A stretch of DNA of 64,000 nt from an uncultured bacterium (GCA_964573295.1 CAZNJE010000021.1:3570-67569); one strand, 5' to 3'. Positions 15,986 through 27,000 are shown, counted from the stretch's first letter. Notes: generated by a model not told the origin, from the letters alone. Numbers and translations: made by a program.

Positions 15986-18616
15986 CTACCGCAGGACCAT
16001 CACCTTGCCCGAGAGCGACTCGCTGCTGGCATCCAGACGGTAGAAGTACACACCGCCCGAGGTCGGCTGGCCGGCCTCGTCCCGTCCGTCCCAGCTCAGG
16101 GTGTGATAGCCGGCTTCCACCTGACCGGAGACCAGGGTGCGCACCAGGCGACCACTCATGTCGTAGACGCCCAGATGCGCCGCGCCCGTCTGCGGCAATC
16201 CGAAGCTGATCGTGCTCGCGCTGTGCAGCGGGTTCGGCGTCGCCGGCGCCAGTTGCAGGCGACTGGGCACACCCGTGCGGTCGTTGACATCCGAGTAGTC
16301 GGCCGTGATGAGCGTCACGGGAACCATCGCCCGGCCACCGTTCGACTGGACGGCGATGCCGGCCTCGTGCGTGCCGAAAGCGAGCCCTTCGGTATCGACG
16401 GTGACCTGAACCTCGACGCTCTCTCCATAGGGAACCTCGAGGTAGCTGGGGTCGAAGCTCATCCACGGATTGAGCATGGGGGGACTCATCGAGAGGCGGG
16501 CCTCCAACACCGAGCCCTCCATGCCCACATTCGAGATCGTCAAGAAATCGGTCTGCTGCTCACCCATCGGTACGTAGAAGGTGAACTCGCCCGGCTCGGC
16601 GAAGAGCGCCGGCACGAGCGGCTCGCCCACCGAGAGCTCGACCGCGAAGACGTTGCGGTTGAAGTGGGTCACGGTAAGGGTCACCGTCTCCTCGGGCAGG
16701 GTGCCCACCACGGGGATCTCGGCGTAGCCGGAGGCGTTGGTGACGGCCGAGCCCAGGTAGATGCCGTCCTTGCTCAGGCCGCACAGCGCGCCTTCCACGC
16801 CCGGGACGGTCAGGCCATAGGTGGTCGCGTCCGGGTCGATCGTGTCCTCGTACTCGACGGTGAGATCGATCGGCGTGGCGGTGCGCACGCGCAGAGACGG
16901 ATCGCCGAAGATCGTCCAGTTCTTGAACTCGCTGATACCGTTGTAGCCGTACTCATCGATCATCTGACAGGAGCCGCTGAAGCAGAGCGCGCCCCAGGTG
17001 TACTTCGCCTCGGCGACCAGGAGATCGGCCGTCTCGTCCTGCGCCGACATCGGCGGCGCCCATTGCATGTTGACCGTCGAGGCGTAGATGCCCACCGCCC
17101 CGGTCGGTTCGCCGGAGTGGCTCGCCTGCATCCAGGCCTCGGCGAAGCAGGTGCTGCTGTACTGGAAGGCGCCGTTGACGCAAGCCACCGACACGATCAC
17201 CGGCAACATGTTGTCGTTGGTGAGCGCGTTCACGTGGTTGTTGTTGAAGCCGGTCGTCGACCAGGAGGTCGAACTGCCGTGACCGCAGTAGTTGATGATC
17301 GAGCGGCCGGCGTTGACGGCCGCGGCCACGTCGGAAGCGTTGGCGCCATAGATCGCATAGAGGCGATCCACCTCGTCGTAGGTGAAGCCCAGCAGGTCGT
17401 CGCGGATGTTGTCGATATGTACCCAGTCGGCCTCGCCGTCATCGCCGATGCCGGCGCCCTCCGCCGAACCGATCCCAACACCTTTCTGGTACCAGCCGGC
17501 CGCCTGCGGCAGCGACTCGTACTCGACAAACTTCGTGACCTGCAGGGCCACGGCCCCCAGGTCCTGGGCGCTGATGCGGCCGATGAAGATATCCGGGTAG
17601 TTGTCGCTGCCGGCCACCAGCGCGTACATCGGATCGGCCGGAGCGCCAGCGTTCGAGAGCGACGGAATCTGCGGCAAGTCACCAACGAGCAGGACGAAGG
17701 CCAGATCGTGGGTGTCGTAGTAGTTCTGGACGTAGCTCTTGATCTGGTTGGCCGAACTTCCCACTTCCGAGAGCAGGAGGAGGGTCGTCGGTACGCCCAT
17801 CTGATTCTTCCACTCCACCAGCGGTTCCACCGCCGAGGCGTAGGAGTCATACGCGATCACGATCATCTCGCCCACTTCGTCGATCGGGGCATAGCGACCG
17901 AAGCCGCCCATGGCGTAGTTGATGAAGTGATTGGTGTAGAGCTTGTCGAACTCCGGATGGACATCGGCGGGCACGCCGCCGGCACGCTGGATCACATTGA
18001 CGGCGCCGGGACCCACCGGCACCAGTTCGATCTCCACATAGTCGTACACACGCAGGGTGTGCGCGGAGGGATCGTATTGCACCGGGTTGATCGTCACCAC
18101 CGCACCGCGGTAGTCGCGCAGGATATAGGGCTCGCCGATCTCAGCCAGCTCGGACGGGAAGAACCCGGCCTGCTCGTAGAGATCGCCGAAGGTGTAGGGC
18201 ACGCTGGCCGGATCCATATCGCGCGTCAGACTGCCCTTCGATGGCACCACGTCGATGCCGCTGAATTCTTGATAGCTCGAGCGGATCACCCGAATCTGCA
18301 TCTCCATATCGTCAGGAATGATCACACTGCGGTTGATCGTAGGCAGCTCGGGAAAGCCCGCTTCGAGAAGATTGCTCTCTTCTCCTAGCGTCACGGAATG
18401 GAAGGTCGCCCCGCCAATCGTCACTTCCTCGAGCTCGAAGCCCGCCAGACGGTAGTCCAGCGTGATCGTCTGCAGGTTCTGATTCACCACCTGGACATCA
18501 ACCGCTTCAGCCGATTCATCCGCGCCCGCGGTCAGGGAAACGAAGGTCCCCGCACCGGCGGCGCTGGTGAAGAGCACTCCCAGAATGGCGAAAAGGGCTA
18601 GAGCTCTTGATCTCAT
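15986..18616 (-). CDS. Secreted peptidase C25 (gingipain-like cysteine protease) with a T9SS/FlgD-Ig-like C-terminal sorting domain
   Basis: Signal peptide (MRSRALALFAILGVLFTSAAGAG) with RBS AGGGAG. N-terminal C25 propeptide-like region. Catalytic region with conserved His (NYCGHGSSTSW) and Cys (VSVACVNGAF). C-terminal approximately 80 aa (GVYDMSGRLVRTLVSGQVEAGYHTLSWDGRDEAGQPTSGGVYFYRLDA...KVMVLR) matches the Por/T9SS-type secretion CTD pattern. Confidence 0.75.
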   Translation of the reverse strand: MRSRALALFAILGVLFTSAAGAGTFVSLTAGADESAEAVDVQVVNQNLQTITLDYRLAGFELEEVTIGGATFHSVTLGEESNLLEAGFPELPTINRSVIIPDDMEMQIRVIRSSYQEFSGIDVVPSKGSLTRDMDPASVPYTFGDLYEQAGFFPSELAEIGEPYILRDYRGAVVTINPVQYDPSAHTLRVYDYVEIELVPVGPGAVNVIQRAGGVPADVHPEFDKLYTNHFINYAMGGFGRYAPIDEVGEMIVIAYDSYASAVEPLVEWKNQMGVPTTLLLLSEVGSSANQIKSYVQNYYDTHDLAFVLLVGDLPQIPSLSNAGAPADPMYALVAGSDNYPDIFIGRISAQDLGAVALQVTKFVEYESLPQAAGWYQKGVGIGSAEGAGIGDDGEADWVHIDNIRDDLLGFTYDEVDRLYAIYGANASDVAAAVNAGRSIINYCGHGSSTSWSTTGFNNNHVNALTNDNMLPVIVSVACVNGAFQYSSTCFAEAWMQASHSGEPTGAVGIYASTVNMQWAPPMSAQDETADLLVAEAKYTWGALCFSGSCQMIDEYGYNGISEFKNWTIFGDPSLRVRTATPIDLTVEYEDTIDPDATTYGLTVPGVEGALCGLSKDGIYLGSAVTNASGYAEIPVVGTLPEETVTLTVTHFNRNVFAVELSVGEPLVPALFAEPGEFTFYVPMGEQQTDFLTISNVGMEGSVLEARLSMSPPMLNPWMSFDPSYLEVPYGESVEVQVTVDTEGLAFGTHEAGIAVQSNGGRAMVPVTLITADYSDVNDRTGVPSRLQLAPATPNPLHSASTISFGLPQTGAAHLGVYDMSGRLVRTLVSGQVEAGYHTLSWDGRDEAGQPTSGGVYFYRLDASSESLSGKVMVLR

Positions 18617-19113
18617 GACACACTCCCTGGCGGTGCGGGCCTGAAGATCCAGACGAGACCGCCGATGTTGGTCGTCCATGTCCTATGCTGTCCGTCAGCT
18701 ACCAGCCCGGCGCGATCGCGCTGACGTAGTCGCCCTCATGCGGTCGTCCTCATGTGGTCGCCCTGACGTAATCGCGCCAGCTTGGACTCATCAATTATAG
18801 CACAGATCCACGGTGCGCCGGGCTCCCGAAAAGTCTAGTTCATTAGTGGATGGGCGTGTCGGGAATGTATACGCCTGAGGAGGACGGCACGATGTCACAT
18901 GGAGATTCGATCTCGCATCTTGCTAGATTACAAAAGGATACGGAACCATCGCCCAAGATGTTTCATTGTCGCAACACGATCAGGACGCAGCCCCGGCAAG
19001 CTTCGGCAAACACCGCGAGGATAGGTCAGCGCAGGTCTGCTGTGCCTCGACGGGTGACACAGGAAGAGCTCGTCTTCAATCCCCTCTTCACCCCCCCGTC
19101 TTCAACCCCGTCT

Positions 19114-20826
19114 TCAACCCCGCGCCCTGTCCAGACCCCGGTAGCTGATCGCCTCACTCACATGCCCTTCACGCACCGACTCGCTTCCGGCCAGGTCGGC
19201 GATGGTGCGCGCAATCCGCTGAATGCGATGAAATGCGCGCGGGCTCAGTCGCAAGCGCGTCATCGCGATGCGTAGGAGCCCGAGAGAGCGTTCCTCGAGC
19301 TTGCAGAACCGATGCAGGTCGCCCACCCGCATGTCGGCATTGCGGGTGACGGCACCCGAGGCCCATATGGTCGTAGCCGCCTCGGCTTGGAGCAATCGCT
19401 CCTCGGCTTGGGGCCATCGCTCCTCGGCCTGGGGGGATCGTGCCTCGAGTCGGGGCGATGCGGCGGCCCCGGCCGAGGCCGCGGCCGCCCCTACTCGGGC
19501 TGAGTTCGGCAACAGCGCCGTACCAGCTACGCCGAAGCGGGCCTGCTGCCGCTTCCAGGCCGCGAGCACCCGTCGGCGAACCACGTTGCTTGGCTCGGAC
19601 GGCGGTAGCTGGGCCAGCTGCCGGAAATCCACGTTGGTCATCTCCACCTGCAGATCGATGCGATCCATGAGTGGGCCCGAAACCCGGCTCAGGTAGCGCT
19701 GGACCATGGCCTCGGTGCACCGGCACCCGCCCCGCGGATCCAGCCGGTGGCCGCATGGGCAAGGATTCATGGCGGCCACGAGCTGGAAGCGGCTCGGGAA
19801 CCGGGCCTGAAAACCGCTGCGGATCACCGTCACCACCCCGTTCTCCAGGGGTTGCCGCAAGGACTCGAGGGGACGCCGCCGAAACTCGGCCAACTCATCC
19901 AGGAAGAGTACGCCGCGATGAGCCAGGCTCACCTCACCCGGCTGTGGGGGCCGGCCGCCCCCAATAAGACCCAAATCGCTAACGGTATGGTGTGGTGCCC
20001 GGAACGGCCGGTGCAAGACCAGTCCCTGCCCGCTTCCTCGCAGCCCTGCCACGCTGTGGATCTGCGTCACCTCGAGCTGCTCATTCCGCGAAAGGGGCGG
20101 CAGGATCGTGGGCAGACGCTCGGCCAGCATCGACTTGCCGGTTCCGGGCGACCCCAGGAAGAGGAGGTTGTGACCGCCGGCCGCGGCGATTTCCAGAGCG
20201 CGCCGGGCCACGATCTGCCCGCGTACATCGGCGAGATCCACGGTGGCCTCTTCGGCCGGTCCGAACGGGCCGTGATCGGGAGGAGTCACCGGACGCAGCC
20301 GATCCGGTCCCTGCTCCAGGAGGTCCCAGATCTCACGAAGCGTCGCGGCCTCTGCCACCGTCACGCCCGAAGCCTCGGCGGCCTCACCTCCGTTGCCGAC
20401 CGGCACGACGAAGGTCCGCGACCGTGCCCCTCGCCTGCGCTCACGCAGGGCCATCGACAGCGCCCCGCGAATCGGCTGCAGCCGGCCGTCGAGACCGAGC
20501 TCGCCCGCCCAGGAGAAGGTGTTCAGCGCTGCTTCGGGAGCCTGCCCGGAGGCGACCAGGATCCCAATCGCGATCGGCAGATCGAAGGACCCACCGGCCT
20601 TCGGCAAGGTCGCCGGCGCCAGGTTGACCGTGATCTTCTTGTCCGGAAACCGGAATCCCTGGTTTCGCAAGGCCGCCATGATTCGCTCGCGGCTTTCCCG
20701 CACCACCGGATCGGGCAGCCCCACCAGAACCAGCCGCGGGAACGATGTCGCGACCTGATCGACCTCTACCCGGACCGGCAGGGCCTCGATTCCAACCAGG
20801 GCATAGGTGTGGACGGTGGCCAGCAT
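19114..20826 (-). CDS. yifB: YifB/ComM-family Mg-chelatase-like AAA+ ATPase, with a low-complexity insertion near the C-terminus
   Basis: N-terminal Lon-like domain (MLATVHTYALVGIEALPVRVEVD). Walker A (LLFLGSPGTGKSMLAERL). Walker B (GVLFLDELAEF). Approximately 60-aa Ala/Glu/Gln-rich insert (…SPQAEERWPQAEERLLQAEA…) encoded by short repeats. Confidence 0.85.
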   Translation of the reverse strand: MLATVHTYALVGIEALPVRVEVDQVATSFPRLVLVGLPDPVVRESRERIMAALRNQGFRFPDKKITVNLAPATLPKAGGSFDLPIAIGILVASGQAPEAALNTFSWAGELGLDGRLQPIRGALSMALRERRRGARSRTFVVPVGNGGEAAEASGVTVAEAATLREIWDLLEQGPDRLRPVTPPDHGPFGPAEEATVDLADVRGQIVARRALEIAAAGGHNLLFLGSPGTGKSMLAERLPTILPPLSRNEQLEVTQIHSVAGLRGSGQGLVLHRPFRAPHHTVSDLGLIGGGRPPQPGEVSLAHRGVLFLDELAEFRRRPLESLRQPLENGVVTVIRSGFQARFPSRFQLVAAMNPCPCGHRLDPRGGCRCTEAMVQRYLSRVSGPLMDRIDLQVEMTNVDFRQLAQLPPSEPSNVVRRRVLAAWKRQQARFGVAGTALLPNSARVGAAAASAGAAASPRLEARSPQAEERWPQAEERLLQAEAATTIWASGAVTRNADMRVGDLHRFCKLEERSLGLLRIAMTRLRLSPRAFHRIQRIARTIADLAGSESVREGHVSEAISYRGLDRARG

Positions 20827-21013
20827 CTCCCCTCCTGCATTCCCCGACGACGAGCTGCCAGGGGAAATAGCAGGTGGGGTGCCAAGCAGAAGGGCGGAGC
20901 CTCCTCAAGAACCGATGCCCGACGCCGAACCAAACCGCGGTTGGGCAGACCTCAGAACCGATGCCCGACGCCGAACCAACGGATGCGGCGCCAGATCGGG
21001 CATCCGCGGAGTC

Positions 21014-21385
21014 TCAACGCACCAGGAGCCAGAGCCCGAACAGCATCAGCCCAGCCCCTACGTACCGCGGGGCGGTCAGACGCTCTTCAAAGAGGAAGAA
21101 GGAGACGGCCAGGATGATCAGATAGCCCAGTGAGACCATGAGTGGATAGGCCACCGAGATCGGTATCTTCTTGAGCGCCTGGCTGTAGACGAGCACGTTG
21201 AGGCCGAAACAGGCTAAACCTGCTATGAAGAAGGGGTTTAGGTAGGTCTGAACAACCCCCGGCAGTCCGGGAGGCAGGATGCCGGCGGATGCGGCCAGTT
21301 CGGCGCGGTTCGCCGAGTACTTGATGAGGAGATTGGCTGCCGCATTCAGCAGGAGCGCTATACTCAGGAAGACATAGGCGTTCAT
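21014..21385 (-). CDS. SMR/EmrE-like (DMT superfamily) small 4-TM transporter
   Basis: 123 aa from internal ATG 21385 (RBS AGGAG). Four TM helices. Conserved membrane-embedded Glu absent or shifted (first helix is SIALLLNAAANLLIKYS), so an ArnE/F-like flippase subunit is also possible. Confidence 0.6.
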   Translation of the reverse strand: MNAYVFLSIALLLNAAANLLIKYSANRAELAASAGILPPGLPGVVQTYLNPFFIAGLACFGLNVLVYSQALKKIPISVAYPLMVSLGYLIILAVSFFLFEERLTAPRYVGAGLMLFGLWLLVR

Positions 21386-21399
21386 GACAGACTCCTCTA

Positions 21400-21760
21400 A
21401 GATCGGGCCTTCGCCGTCTGGCCGGGCTCCTCCGAGATCGGGGCCCCCTCGGTCCGGTCGGGCTCCTCCGAGATCGGGGACCCCCTCGGTCTGGTCGGAC
21501 TGGCGCGTCGGTGCGTCCCTTGGCCGTATACGGCTCCTGAGCATCCGCGGCAAGCGCAACCTGAAGGGCTGAGGTCATGGGAAGGCTGGGAAGGTTGGCC
21601 GGGTTGGCAGGGCTCGCCGGGTTGGCAGGTTCGAGAGGTCTCCAGAGGCTCGCGAGGCACGCGAGGTACCAAGAGGTTCGAAAGGTCTCAACGGGGCTCG
21701 AGGCGACCCAACCGGGTTCGAGGGGTCTTGAGGGGACTTGAACATGGACGCGGTTTGGGG
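21400..21760. repeat. Complex direct-repeat region (39-nt duplications; repeated aggttcga[ag]aggtctc and gccgggttggcagg units) upstream of the SMR gene
   Basis: gggccccctcggtccggtcgggctcctccgagatcgggg duplicated. ggctgggaaggttggccgggttggcagggctcgccgggttggcaggttcgagaggtctc...aggttcgaaaggtctc...ggttcgaggggtcttgagggg. Confidence 0.6.
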
Positions 21761-21852
21761 TTAGGCTCTACATTCTTGGATTTCGGAGGCTGGTGTGCCC
21801 TGCAACCGCAAGCGGGGCTGGTACCAAGGGATCCGGTTGGGGAGGCGTTACG

Positions 21853-22374
21853 ATGTCACGCACTTTTGCCGCCGCTGAGCTGAGGGGGTACGGCGGCCGC
21901 AAGTCGGCGAAGGGCCTGTTGCTGGCCACCTGTGGGCTGGCCCTCTTTGCGACCGCGATACTCACGGCCGGTTGCTACGAGCACGAGCGCGGTGACCCCG
22001 TCGACCGGTATCACTACGACCACTTCATCTCGGTTGCTCCCGACCGGGCCCATTTGTCGATCCAGACCTACATTGGCCGCACGCAGTGGGAGGTCGGCTT
22101 CCGTCGTGAAGACCTCTACGACGGCAACCGCGACGGGGAGCTGGCCACCCCCGGACTGGACCGCGTCATCATCACCGACTATGTCGACATCGAAGACCCA
22201 CCCGAGGAGGCCGTGAGGCGAAACGGCGAGATCCGCGACTACGACGAACTGTTCCAGGACATCCTCAAGGCCCTCGATCGCGACAAGGAGGAGTTCGAGA
22301 TGGATGGCCGCATCTACGAATTCCGAGTTCTGTCGGAGAATCTGATCGCCGAGTCGGGACAAGCCCTGGGCTAG
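21853..22374 (+). CDS. Hypothetical lipoprotein (173 aa)
   Basis: RBS GGAGG. Lipobox LLATCGLALFATAILTAGC. Acidic C-terminal half. Confidence 0.5.
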   Translation: MSRTFAAAELRGYGGRKSAKGLLLATCGLALFATAILTAGCYEHERGDPVDRYHYDHFISVAPDRAHLSIQTYIGRTQWEVGFRREDLYDGNRDGELATPGLDRVIITDYVDIEDPPEEAVRRNGEIRDYDELFQDILKALDRDKEEFEMDGRIYEFRVLSENLIAESGQALG

Positions 22375-22499
22375 CTAGCTAGCGAGCTAGCGAGCGTGCG
22401 TGCGTGCCTGCGTGCCTGCGTGCGTGTGAGAGCGCAAGAGAGAGAGAGAGCAGCACGACAGGAATGCGCGGCAGGACTGCGTGACGAAGGGATGCGTGG

Positions 22500-24095
22500 A
22501 TGAAGGTCATTCTGGCCGGGCAGAATCTCGACCAATCCATCGTCGCGCGCTTTCGCGCTTACCTCGAGCAGCGGGCTGTGTCGCCTTCGCCGGGTTCGGC
22601 TTCTGCGGACTCCCCAGCCCCCCAGGCTTCCACCGGCCACGCCGGCGGCGGCGTCTCGTCGTCAGAACACCGATCCTTGCGCGGCCTGGATCCGCAGAGC
22701 CTCTCGCCCGAGACCCTATCGGCTGCCTATGCGCGCATCAGTCGTGATCCACATCCGATTCCCGATCTGCGCGCGCAAGCCATCGCCGACGTGACCGCCG
22801 CCAGGAAGTCGAACCAACGTATCATCTTCGGCTTCGGCCACGCGAGTGTGGCCGAACACGCCGTGTTCAACCTCGATATTCTGGACATCTCGCGTATTGC
22901 GATGGAAGCGCTCGAGAGTTCTCGTCTGGCGTCCTACACTGAGAAATCGCAGCGCTACATCACGCTGGATCGTGACTACGTAGTTCCAGAGGAAGTCGCC
23001 GCCGCCGGCTTGGAGCGCCAGTTTCGCGAGCTGATCCGCAAGCAACAGGACCACTATCAAACGGCGCACGAGCGGCTCCTGGCACTCTACCAGCAGAAGC
23101 ACCCCGACCAGTGGGAGAAGCGCAGCGGGCGGCGCGCCCTCGAAGGCGCCGCCAAAGAAGACGCCCGCTATTTCCTTTCTCTGGCGACCACCGCGCAGGT
23201 GGGGGTGACGATGAATGCCCGAACCTTGGAAGCGACGGTGCGCCGTCTGGCAGCCGATCCCCTCCAGGAGTGCCGCCACCTGGCCGAGGCCATTCACGCC
23301 GCCGTCATCGAGGCGGCCCCATCCCTGGTCCGCTACGTCGAAGCCACCGAATACCGGCGGGAAACACCTCCGGCCATCGAACACTGGGTGTGCCACCGAT
23401 GGCCCGCCGATGGCCCCTCCGGGAAAGAATCGAATTCCGAAAGCCCGCCGGCCGCGCGTTTGGTCTTCTCAACACCGAACGGTGACGACATGCTCCTGAC
23501 GGCCCTGGTGGCCGGAAGCTGTGGACGCAGTTGGGCCGACGCCGAAGGCTGGGTTGCCTCACTCGACCAGGACGGCCGGCGTGAACTCGTGCTCGAGAGC
23601 CTGCGCCGTCTGGATGAGCATGCCACGATCCTGCGCCAGTTCGAGATTCCCGAGTTCATCTTCGAACTCATCGCGAGCGCCTCTTGCTTCGCTCAACTCA
23701 AACGTCACCGGCTGGCAACGCTTCTCCCCCAGCCCTACGAGCCGGCGCTGGGCGTGACGATCCCGCCCGCGTTCCGAGAGGCCAGCTTGCTCGGTGAGTA
23801 CCGCGATGTCTGCGCGCACGCCGAAAGCCTGGCCGAGCAGATCCGCTCCCGCCATCGCGATGCGGCCGCCTACATTCTGACCAACGGCCACCGCCGGCGC
23901 GTGATCTTCAAGGCCAATGCCCGCGAGCTCTATCATCTTGCGCGGCTTCGTCTGGACGCCCATGCTCAATGGGACATCCGTCATCTGTCCGAGGAGATGA
24001 TCGGCCTCGCGCGCAAGGCACTCCCTCTGACCATGCTCATGGCCTGCGGCAGGGACCAGTTCCCCGAGCACCGCCGCCGCGTGCTCAGTTCCTGA
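22500..24095 (+). CDS. thyX: Tandem-domain flavin-dependent thymidylate synthase ThyX-like protein (531 aa)
   Basis: Two ThyX-like halves. First: GHASVAEHAVFNLDILDISRIAMEALESSRLASYTEKSQRY (the conserved RHR appears degenerate as SRL). Second: QLKRHRLATLL...ANARELYHLARLRLDAHAQWDIR. The size matches the duplicated-domain ThyX seen in some lineages. Confidence 0.55.
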   Translation: MKVILAGQNLDQSIVARFRAYLEQRAVSPSPGSASADSPAPQASTGHAGGGVSSSEHRSLRGLDPQSLSPETLSAAYARISRDPHPIPDLRAQAIADVTAARKSNQRIIFGFGHASVAEHAVFNLDILDISRIAMEALESSRLASYTEKSQRYITLDRDYVVPEEVAAAGLERQFRELIRKQQDHYQTAHERLLALYQQKHPDQWEKRSGRRALEGAAKEDARYFLSLATTAQVGVTMNARTLEATVRRLAADPLQECRHLAEAIHAAVIEAAPSLVRYVEATEYRRETPPAIEHWVCHRWPADGPSGKESNSESPPAARLVFSTPNGDDMLLTALVAGSCGRSWADAEGWVASLDQDGRRELVLESLRRLDEHATILRQFEIPEFIFELIASASCFAQLKRHRLATLLPQPYEPALGVTIPPAFREASLLGEYRDVCAHAESLAEQIRSRHRDAAAYILTNGHRRRVIFKANARELYHLARLRLDAHAQWDIRHLSEEMIGLARKALPLTMLMACGRDQFPEHRRRVLSS

Positions 24096-27000
24096 CCGCA
24101 GTTCCCGCGCCGCGGGCCGCCGCCGGTGCGACCTCCCACGGCAATGGCCCGCTGCCGCGGCCCCAGGTGATCGTCTGACGGATGAAAACGATGGCGCGTT
24201 CAGCGAGAACATAGAATGTGGGCAGCACGATCAAGGTCAAGACCGTGCTGGTGGCCAGGCCGCCCATGATGGCCCTGGCCAGCGGGTAGTAGTAGCCCCC
24301 AGCCATGTCTGCGCGACCGAGGGCCAGCGGAGTCAGGCCCAGAATCGTCGTGGAGGCCGCCATCAGGATCGGACGGAAACGGTCGCGGCAGCCCTCGAGA
24401 ATGGCATCCTCGCGGCTGCGCCCCTTGCGACGCAGGTTGTTGATGTGGTCGACCAGAACGATCCCATTGTTCACCACGAGACCGACCAGAATCACGATCC
24501 CGATCATCGCCATGATGTTGAACGGCGTGTTCGACACCATGAGCGTCCAGATCACACCCAGCGCCGCGAATGGGATGCACAACATGATCACCAACGGATG
24601 CAGCAGGGATTCGAACAGCGCCGCCATCAGCAGATACACACAGCAGAGAGCCAGGAGAATGTTGATGAGCATCTCGTTCTGCTCGGCGGCCTCCTCCTGC
24701 AGCTGTCGGCTGAAAGACCAGCTGTAGCCCGAGGGCAGATCCAGCGTATTCATCACACGCTCCACACGGTCCTGGAGCCCACTGTAGTTGTCGCCTTCGT
24801 AAGCTCCCCGAACGGTGATGGCCGTCTTCTGCTGCTCCCGGTGGATGCGCTGCGCCCCCTTGCCCATCTCAAACCGGGCAATCTGGCCCAGGAGAATCGG
24901 ACGGCCGTCGCGATAGCTGATCGGCAGACGCGCGAGATTGTCGATATTGCGCCGGTCGGAGGGCTCGAGCACGATGTCCATGTCGACCTCGCGGGTCTCT
25001 CCTTGAAACTCCCGTAACGGGATCCCGCGGAATGTCAGGCCCAGGATGCTCGCCAGGGTACGCGAATCGACACCGAAACGGCCGCCTTGTTCCCGATCGA
25101 GAACCACCCGCACCTCGTCGGCGCCCTCCTGGATGTCGGTCCGCACATCCTCTAGATCATCGATCGAGCTCAAGCGCCGGTGCGCTTCCTCGGAGATCTC
25201 GGTCAGTAGTTCGGTGTCTTCGCCGAACAGGGTCACCGCCATGGTCTTGGCTCCCTGACCCGACTCCTCCTCGGTCCCAAAACGGTAGGTCACCCCAGCG
25301 ATCTCGGGCAGGCTCTCGCGAAGGAACTCCCGCATCTGCTTGACCTGGTCTACCGACAGCGGGTCTTCCTTCGGATAGATGAGCGAGAAAGACGCATTGT
25401 TGTCGTAGTACCAGCAATAGACCGACTCGACCCCGTGGCTATCCCGCAGAGGCAGCAGAAACTCCTCGAGCTCGAGAACACGATCGTGAACGGCGTAGAG
25501 GTTCGTGTTGTCGCTGAACTCGAGCCAGAACTCGACTTCACTGCGCTTGACGCCTCGGTCACCCATGACCTCGGGTTCGAAACCGGTCACCTGCATGGCC
25601 ACGATGGTGACCACGATGAACAAGGGGATGAATACGAGCCCGGTCCGCATGGGGTGCGCGATCGCCGTCCAGCGGAGCATGCGCAAGTATCCACTCCGAA
25701 GAGCGGTCAACCAGCGACCTTCATTCGGGGCGGCAGCCGCAGCCGGGGCCGCAGTCGGGGCCACTGCCGGGGCCGCAGCCGGCGACGCGTTCTTCTTGGC
25801 CCGGATACCCGCCGTGCCTTGACTGCCCTGCCCCTCGAGCGGGGTGCGGGCCGCCAGCATGGGCACCAGCGTCAAGCAGATCAGCAGCGAGAAGACCAGG
25901 GTGACCGAGATCGTGATGCCGACCTCGCTCATCCAGACCATGATCTCGTTCGTGTTCGAGAGCACGATCGGCGCGAAGACGATGATCGAGGTCAGGGTCG
26001 AGGCGGTCACCGCCATGCCCACCTCGCGGGCGCCCAGCCTGGCGGCCTCCGGTGCGGAGAGACCCTGCTCCTGCTTGCGGAAAATCGACTCCAGGACAAC
26101 GATGGCGTTATCGACCAGCATTCCGACCGCGAGCATGAGCCCCATCATGGTGAGCACGTTGAGCGAGCGATCCGTCAGATACAGGAACACACAGGCCGAG
26201 ATCACGCAGAAGGGCATCGCCACCGAGGCGATCAGCGTGTTCCTCATGCGCCGCAGAAACAGGTAGATCACCACCACCGCCAGCAGCGATCCGATCAGCC
26301 CGGCCTGAAACACGCTTCGTAATGAATTGCGAATCTGCTCGGCTTGATCGAAGAAGAAGATCACGTTGATGCCTTCGAGCACCGGATCGCGGCGGATCTC
26401 CTCGAGCACCTCGTGGATGCCTTCCGAGACCTCCACGATGTTGGCGCCCGAGGCCTTCTGAACCTCGATCGCGATCGCCGATTCCCCATTGAGGCGGCGC
26501 AGATAGCCGTAGGAGGGCTCACTGTAATCGACCGTAGCGATGTCACGCAGCCGCAGCCCGCTGGGAGAGACCTGCAGATCCTCGAGCTCATCGAGTGACC
26601 GAAACTGCCCGAGCGTGCGCACCGTCACGCGCTGGTCGCCGTCGACCACCCGGCCCACCGACATGTCGATGTTGTTCGCGTTCAGGAGTTCGAAGAGGCG
26701 TTCGATGTCGATGCCGTGGGCGATGATGCTGTCCAGATGCAGGTAGATGCGAATGCTCTTCGGGTTGATTCCGCCGACCTCGACGCGGCCGACGCCCTCG
26801 ACCCTGCGCATCGGGTTGATCACGCGCCGCTCGAGCAGGTCGTAGGAATTGGCCAGGTCACGGCCCGGGGCGCTGATGCGGCCCACCATGATCGGGATGT
26901 CATTCGAGTTGAAACTGAAGATGTAGGTGTCGTCCACGTCGTCGGGCAAGAGGGGCCGGACCTGTTCGAGCTTCTCCTTCACCTCCATGCGCAAGACGTC

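Noticed and set aside
18850-19275. 141-aa ORF in the C25-peptidase/yifB intergenic region
   Set aside because: No RBS. Overlaps the yifB 3' end. Composition atypical. The region more likely holds the promoter of the C25 peptidase gene.
21560-21760. Possible tRNA suggested by repeated ggttcga motifs (T-loop-like GGTTCGA)
   Set aside because: The motifs are part of a direct-repeat array (aggttcgagaggtctc / aggttcgaaaggtctc). No acceptor stem, anticodon arm or cloverleaf could be folded.
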